From Haliotis cracherodii (Eukaryota): 64,000 bases of DNA. Position 1 is the stretch's first letter; the number at the start of each line of letters is the position of its first letter. The translations under genes were made by a program, and so were the position numbers. This document shows, in pieces, positions 54,201-62,882 of the stretch. Where the stretch lies: the NCBI RefSeq assembly GCF_022045235.1, contig NW_027266286.1, forward strand, positions 59,830,001-59,894,000. The letters are read 5' to 3'. Below the pieces are notes generated by a model. That model worked only from the letters and a program-made list of their open reading frames with translations, was not told where the DNA came from and did not search any database.

Positions 54201-57200
54201 GAAAACAAGTTTCGAATAGCATGAAGCTGCAATGTTAGTTTGAATATTTTTTACTTCCCTGTCATTTCTGAGCTCAATGGCATCTACACCCAAAAGGGTG
54301 ATCTTGCGAGGGTATATTTGTGTTCTTTGGCAGCTTTTGTTTGCTAAAGTCGAAATTTTCGAGTTGAGCTTGTAAAGAAATGAAGCCAATTGTTTTTGAA
54401 AGTGGACATCTGGGTCAAGAACCCACTCATCCTTCCATTTAGATTAATCATTCAAGGGTATCCTCACTCAGTATAAGATCTGATTTTAATGAGATTGACT
54501 CATTTTAATTCTGTATTTTATGTAGCCTACTCATCAGAATGGTTACTACTCACAGTGAATACTCCCATACAGTTTCCTCTTGTTTCTGAAATATCACCAG
54601 AAAATTTTACACTCTCAATTCATTATTTTCTACTATTTACAATGTCCTTATGTGAAACATTTGAATTTGTACCATCTATTTCTGTGTTGTGTTGTAGGGG
54701 TCAATGTCTGATGCAATGTTTGAGTGTAGCAGTTCGACCAATCCACTCCTCTTCAGGTACAAGAAACACAAGAGGAAAAAGGTAAGTCATCCATAGAAGG
54801 GAGCACGTATCTATTGTAGAGTGTAAGTAACTAGCAGAGCGTAAACAACTGTAGCAGAGAGTACAGACCTGTAGCAGAGTGTAAATAACTGTAGCAGACC
54901 AGAGACAACTGGAGCAGAGTATAGATTTGTAGCGGAGTGTAAATAACTGTAGCAGAGCATAGACAACTGTAGTAGGGAGTACAGATCTATAGCAGTGTGT
55001 AAATAACTGTAGCAGAGCATAGCACAACTGTAACAGAGAGTACAGATCTGTAGCAGAGCATAAAAAATTGTAAAAGAGTACAGATCTATAGCAGTGTGTA
55101 AATAACTGTAGCAGAGCATAGACAACTGTAGTAGAGAGTACAGATCTATAGTAGTGTGTAAATAACTGTAGCAGAGCATAGCACAACTGTAACAGAGAGT
55201 ACAGATCTGTAGCAGAGTGTAAATAACCTTAGCAGAGCATAGACAACTGTAGCAGAGAGTACAGATCTGTAGCATAGCATAAACAACTGTAACAGAGTAC
55301 AGATCTGTAGCAGAGCATAAACAACTGTAACAGAGTACAGATCTATAGCAGAGCGTAAATAACTAGCAAAGCATAGACAACTGTAGAAGGGAGTACAGAT
55401 CTGTAGCAGAGTGTAAATAACTGCAGCAGAGCATAGCACAACTGTAACAGAGAGTACAGATCTGTAGCAGAGTGTAAATAACCTTAGCAGAGCATAGACA
55501 ACTGTAGCAGAGAGTACAGATCTGTAGCATAGCATAAACAACTGTAACAGAGTACAGATCTGTAGCAGAGCATAAACAACTGTAACAGAGTACAGATCTA
55601 TAGCAGAGCGTAAATAACTACCGTATTTTCTTGAGTATAGTGCGCACTTTTTTTCGGAAAAACACAGCTGTGTAGAAGGGGGTGCGCATTATACACGAAT
55701 TATGAGTTTGGATGTTTTTTCCTCCCATGGAAAGACATTACGTACCGTGAGCACGAAACACCGGAAATACCATGTCAACAAATCCATACTGAAGTACGCA
55801 AAATAATTATGTAATTACACTGTCTGTCTATAAAAAGTGTTCATTGTATTTCTGGACTTATGTTTGTAACTTACTTCATTAATTTTATTCAAAATTCCTT
55901 ATAATATTGTTTTAATTAATTTCGGCGAAATCGTGTGTGAAGCGATCGGAAGATCGCACAACTCACCGTTATTAACAGCAACCACGGTCAGAATACCGCT
56001 ATTGACACCTTGAAACGAACTTTAGTTGACAGAGAAAGGATACATATATCATAAATGACATACTTTGACTTGTTAAAAGTCATATTTGTTTTTGTTTGAC
56101 GATTCTATGTCAACATGAAATTCTCGCGCTCACGTGCTCACGTGCGCGTGAGCCTTGACGGTGACTGGTCAGACATGTTCCATGTAAAAAATAATACCCG
56201 GGAATAGCGATCAGCTGCTTCGCTTAGGGTTATTATTATTTTAAATATGTTTTGTAAAGGCTGCATATAATTAAGAAAATAATGGAATATATTATTCCTG
56301 ATAAATAAAATAGTTTCAGATACAATTGTTGCCGATCCTTGCATTAAAAATCCTATAAAGTTATATCACTGGGTGTGTCTTGACCGAATCACCGGTCGAT
56401 TCCAAGAAAACGTGTGTACAGCTGATTGCTGTTTCCGGCTTAGTTTACGAGAAAATACACAAGGTAATCTTAATCCCTAGATATAAAACAATGCCTAGCA
56501 GAACAATAAATACTATTTAAACGGTAAATAAACATGTCTGGTGATTTTTTATCTCAAATTTCGAATTTGTACTGACGAAGTTTCTCAGCACCCGTTCGTT
56601 TGCCGGACTTCGCTGAAAGGGTACGGTGTAAATTTTTTCTGCGCATAATATTCAAATTTTTTTTTTCCAAAATATTGAACCCCATAGAGGGGGGTGCGCA
56701 TTATACATGGGTGCGCACTATACTCAAGAAAATACGGTAGCAAAGCATAGACAACTGTAGAAGGGAGTACAGATCTGTAGCAGAGTGTAAATAACTGCAG
56801 CAGAGCATAGCACAACTGTAGCAGGGAGTATAGAACTGTGAGAGAAGTCACTATTTAAAACCATCAATTTACTCCATCATGTGACTAATAATTATTTAGG
56901 AGAAATCACTAGTATGTTCTCTATCTGTTGAATCTTCTCCCCAGGCCAAGGTGAGAGTGTACGACTCCAAGTGGTCCCAGTCTTTCTCCCTGGATACCGT
57001 GGGGAGTGCCGGAGTAGTGGTGTGCCACGACAAGGAACGGGGCCGCAAGTACATGGTAGGTGGCTTGTAGGTGAGGTGAGTGGCTAGTTGTTTGTTGGGT
57101 GGGTGGCTAGTTGTTTGTTGGGTGGGTGGCTGGGTTGTTTGTGGTGTGGGTGGCTAGTTGTTTGGGGGGTTGGCTAGTTGGTTGGGTGGGTGGCTAGTTG

Positions 57201-60200
57201 TTTGGGTGGGTGGCTCATTGGTGGGGTGGGTGGGTTGTTGGTGGGTACATGGTAGGTGGCTTGTAAGTGGGGTACAAGATAGGTGGGGTGGGTAGCTAGT
57301 TTGGGTGGGTGGGGTGGGTACATGGCAGATGGCTAGTAAGTGGGATACAAGAGAGGTGGGTTCTTGATGGGGTGGGTGGCTAGGTGATGGGTGGGTGGGT
57401 TGTTTGTGGGGTGGGTACATGGTAGGTGGGTAGGGTGGCTAGTTGATGGGTGGGTGGGTTGTTGGTGGGGTGGGTTACTAGTTGATGGGTGGGTGGGTTG
57501 TTGGTGGGGCCAGGTACATGATAGGTGGCTAGTAAGTGGGATACACGACAGGTGGGTTGTTGGTGGGGTGGGTGGCTAGTTGTTTGGGTGGGTGGGTTGT
57601 TTGTGGGGTGGGTACATGGTAGGTGGCTAGTTAGTGGAGTACAAGATAGAAGGGTTGTTGGTGAGGTGGGTGGCTAGCTGATGGGTGGGTGGGTTGTTGG
57701 TGGGGTGGGTGGCTAGTTGATGGGTGGGTGGGTTGTTTGTGGGGTGGGTACATGGTAGGTGGGTAGGGTGGCTAGCTGATGGGTGGGTGGGTTGTTGGTG
57801 GGGTGGGTGGCTAGTTGATGGGTGGGTGGGTTGTTGTGGGTGGGGCCAGGTACATGTTAGTGATAAGATAGTAGTGCCAGGTATGTGGTAGGGGAACACA
57901 ACCTACCCAAGTGCACCTATGACAGTCAAATCCTATTTCGCTATCTAATCGTGTGCCCTGTCTGACAGTTCATGGTAAAGAGCGAGATGTCCAACTTGAA
58001 GCTGTCCAAGATCATCACCATCCTCCCGTTCTTCCTCGTCATCAACTGCACAAAGCAGAAGCTGCGCTACATGGAGGAGAACGAGGACGCCGACCTGTGG
58101 TTCGACCTCCCAGTCGGAGAGGTAAAGACGTCATCTCACTGCTCACTGCTCATCTCAACCAAAACAGAGATTAGTGTGGCATTCATTATGATATAATAAT
58201 AAAAAAAAGGGAATTCAAACTTGATGTCATAAATATACAGGTTTTTTAACCTAACCTAAATGAACAGCATATGTAGAGGTAGAATGTAGTGTAAACACCT
58301 ATGATTAAGAAGTCTGTATTTAGGAGATAAACATACTGTGTTTACAAGGTAGAGTTAGGTTACCCGTAGATTTAACCGCGCTTAATTGAATTTGGAACCG
58401 AACTCGCAGCATGAGGTTTCAAATGTTAAATGTAGCGCAGTTCAATCTACAGGTAACCTAGCTCTACATTGAAAACAGAGTATGTTTATCTCCATTCTAA
58501 AATGACTAAATAAAACGCGAACTCCTTGGTGTTAGCAAGTATGTTGAGTCAAGTGGCATGAGTTGAGTCCAGTGTTTTGAGTGGGTTGTCGATCTGAATT
58601 ATGGAATCACCGGCAACAGCCTGTAAACAAAACATGGCGCTGTATATGCTCAAGCAGTTTGTTTACACCGTAATACCTCACTCAAACATATGACAGGCAT
58701 TGAAACATATAAGCATGGCTAACATGAAGTGGGCATCCCTAAAGAAAACTAAGAAAGCTTTGCAAGGCTTTTGTTCTACACCGAACGACACCATTATGAC
58801 GTCATATCGCTCACTGTGACGCAAAAGATATGACATCACAGTCGTATATAAAAAATGTGCCAAATACCAAGCTCTCTGTTGTCATTCTCTTTGTAGATTT
58901 CTATTGTGTTTTCTGCACAAAATGTATTGCCACACATCCTTTGAATATTGTAGTAACCGCATCTGTCCATTTTGTAACCTGTAATTGTAGATATGATTTT
59001 TTAAATATGCCCACTGACAATGACTGAAAAAAAGTACTATTCTATGAATATTAGCTTCCACAGTAATGCGGCCGTCAAACTAGCTGTTTCAATCAGAGGG
59101 GGTTTATTGTGATTTAAATAGCCTCTGATTGACCAATCAGCATTGAGTAATTTCCAAATTCATGGTAGAATTAAGTTTAATATTGCATTGACCAATTGAA
59201 TAATGTTCATGTAGCTGAGTTTATGCCACATAAGAGTCTTGGATTTGTGTGATGGTAGATATGTATGATGTTGCAGTGTCAACCCTTCTGGCCCACAACA
59301 GACAACTACAGCATGTACATGAAGTACGAGAACAGCAACGTCGTGTCTCAACACTTCCCCATCAAGAAGCCGCACAACACTGTGCTGCGTATGGACCAAG
59401 GGGTCAGTCCACACATACACTTCTCATGTCCATGGGGAGACCACTTCACACCATTACACATATCATTAGTAGGATTATATAGTTGTCAAAAGAATTCTGT
59501 CCGTCCGTCCTTCCGAGGACATTTTGATATGAGACCTATAACTTGAAAACTACTACATTGATTCTTTTCAAACTTGGTGGACACTTTCTATACCAATAGG
59601 AGAGATGTTTTGCGATTTCTTTATTTGGATATTCTGAAAAATCTATTGTAAAATATTTTACTCAGAATTATTTTACTTAAACATTTGTGCGACCTACAGC
59701 TTGAAAACTTCTTCATGGATTCTTTCAAATTTAAGGAACACTTTCTATACTAATTGGAGAGGTGCAGTGCTAAGTTTGATTTTGATATGTGTATTTTCTG
59801 TTTTTCATGTTTTGAACTTATGATGTTTTTGTACTTCGACATTTGTGCGACCTATAACTTGAAAACAACATCATGGATTCTTTTCTGTATGTGGGTACAG
59901 TTTCTATGCCGAAAGGAGAGGTGCAATGCAAAGTTAGAATTTGATAAGTGGATTTTCTGAGAAACATGTATACACCCCCAACCTATGATGCCATTACTAT
60001 ATTATGTTATTTTGCTTTTTAAGAGAATCCGGGTCAACGTTAAGTCATTGACTTGTGTATCATTGTATAATTTGGGGTACATATCTTTTGTGGAGAATTA
60101 CATGTTTCAGTTTGTCCTTAGGATTAAGAATTTGATGGTAAAAAAAAGCAAACTTAAACAGAAAATCAGGTGAGCTACAGAGCCCCTTGGCTGTATGTTT

Positions 60201-62846
60201 GTGTCCTTCTGTACGGTAAATTGTGTCTTCCAGACAGCACTGTGTGTGGAGGTGTCGGGGGGGACGGACTCCCCCATTACAGTGGTCTTCACCAACTACT
60301 GCCACGGTGACTGCCCTGTGAGGGTTGAGAACCTCTGTGAAGACGTCTTCATCAAAATACATCAGAAGTAAGTACAAACTTTCCATAAAAGCAGACATCA
60401 TGCTCAATTTTGTAGTGAATTTCAGTTGGTAATTTTGCCTTTAAATATCAATTCTGTATTCGACGTAAAAGGCGCCCCACTCTAAGAAGCACCCAAGGCG
60501 ATGTTTGCTAATATATTGGCTAGTGAACAATCCCAATTAGCACCCCTTCTGATTGATCAATGTACACAAGACTTATTTATTCGTGTATAATACGCACTCG
60601 TGTGTTTAATACACCCTTAATTATGGGCAATAAAATTCTGGAAATTATATCTATTGTGTATAATACGACCAAATTCTTCTTTTGTATCATTTCAAGCTGT
60701 CAGGATAAACCACGAAATTAACAATCTTTCAACTCTGTTTTTTTTCTCACCAAAATTATATTCTAATAAGAGCCCCCTATTTCTAATTTTGAGAGCGCCC
60801 TGAGCGCCTATTATGTCGAATACAGTATGTCAAATTAGGTGATACTGAAGAGTTTTCAGTAAGTTATCCTTGACAGTTGAGAAGGTGGACAGGGACCCCG
60901 TTTATTCCCTTCCTGTTGTATGCTCAGGGACCTGATCATGAAAATATTGTGTGCACACTGATCCATTGATCAGGGTAATAATAATGTAGTGCCAATAATG
61001 TAGTGCCATTAATGTAGTGGTAATAATGTAGTGCCAATAATGTAGTGCCAATAATGTAGTGCCAATATTGTAGTGCCAATATTGTAGTGCCAATTATGTG
61101 GTGCCAATAATGTAGTGCCAATTATGTGGTGCCAATATTGTAGTGCCAATAATGTAGTGCCAATTATGTGGTGCCAATAATGTAGTGCCATTAATGTAGT
61201 GCCATTAATGTAGTGCCAATAATGTGGTGCCAATATTGTAGTGCCATTAATGTAGTGCCATTAATGTGGTGCCAATAATGTAGTGCCATTAATGTAGTGC
61301 CAATAATGTAGTGCCATTAATGTAGTGCCAATAATGTAGTGCCAATAATGTGGTGGTGATAATAATTAGCATTCATTTTGTGAAGGGAATTTGGCCCACT
61401 ACATGACTATGACCAAATGAGCATTAGGTTCACAACCTATGGTGGTTTAAGATTTCTTGATGAAGTTTGACAAGTGGTGAACTGGAACTCTTTTAGGGTG
61501 TTATTCGTGGTTGTCTTAATCCTTGCTATTTTTATGCAACACAAAATCTCATTCACTGTTTGTTCGATGTTAGAGGATGGGAGTTCAAATTCATTCTTAA
61601 TTCAATGATCGTCCAAGTCACAAGATTTATTGAGGTCAGTTTGTGTAAATACATGTACAATTTCTTGTGGAATTTTCCTCAACGTGATTTGTGTTACCTA
61701 GGAACCAGAGTCAGGTGACCCTGCTGTCGTCCAGTCAGTCAGTGCTGTACACATGGGATGAACCAATGGCTGAGAGGACACTCATGTGGAATGTGTATGG
61801 TCGCAAGAAGCCCAGCTTCCCTGCCTACATCAACAAGGTATTGACAGTGTTTACTTTGCTGGTAGTTTATAAGTTATGTGTGTCCGTCATTTGTTTCCTG
61901 CTATGCGACGTCTTATGGTAAGAGATGATGTGTTATAAAATAAACAGTAAGATTCTAATCTAAAAATGACAGCTGGCTTACAGTTGCTTGAATTCGATAA
62001 AATTAATAAAATCTATTACCAACATAAACCCAGATATACAATGAACACCTTTTTATAACCAGATAGTATAATAATGGGATTGAATTGGGAGGTTCAGTTC
62101 GGATTTGTTGACTGGTATTTCCGGTGTTACATGCTCGCAGTGATCAGCTGATAATGTATTTCAAGATGGGGGAAAACATAATGTCAGGGCATAACTTTAT
62201 TTAGTTTATTAAAAATCTACATAAATTCTATTTGCAGCAGACTTGCGGGCAAATATCGCCTCGACGCAGGTGTAGATAATTCGCTGTGATGATTAACACA
62301 CAGATTTTTCATCGAGTTTTGATTTCACCTTCCCGACTGTTTCACTATAGGCCACAGTTGTCGTACAATATGCCTATTAGTTCAGATGCACACAGTGTCT
62401 TATTTGTTTGAATAGCACCATAAATAAAGGGTTTTAGCATACCTGAGATACAGTCCCATGGCCAACTCACCCCTTAAAGTCACTGGCTAAGTCATATGTT
62501 GTGGAGGAAGGTCGTCCTTGACCTAAACAACATTCAGTTGACATTTATATACATTGGCAAACATCAGACTGATGTTTAGATTACCTGAGTTTTAAGTCAG
62601 GGGAATTATTGATGTGTTGAAATATTGAATGGAAATGCTTCAAGATAAGTGTTGCACTATTTATTGCTTAATCAAATTAAAACAGAAAGTGGACTTATGC
62701 CTACTTGTGTCTGTATGATATGCCTAATCCTTGTTCTAGGACGGCTGTGGGGAGGTACGACTGCGAGTCCAGTCTCTACGTAATGCCACTGGCTCCATGG
62801 ACGTCACAGATGCCATCGACAGCATGGAGAGTAGCCCAGATGGTGA

Positions 62847-62882
<36 letters not shown>

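Noticed and set aside
54701-55541. Cys/Tyr/Leu-rich minus-strand ORFs
   Set aside because: Minisatellite translation.
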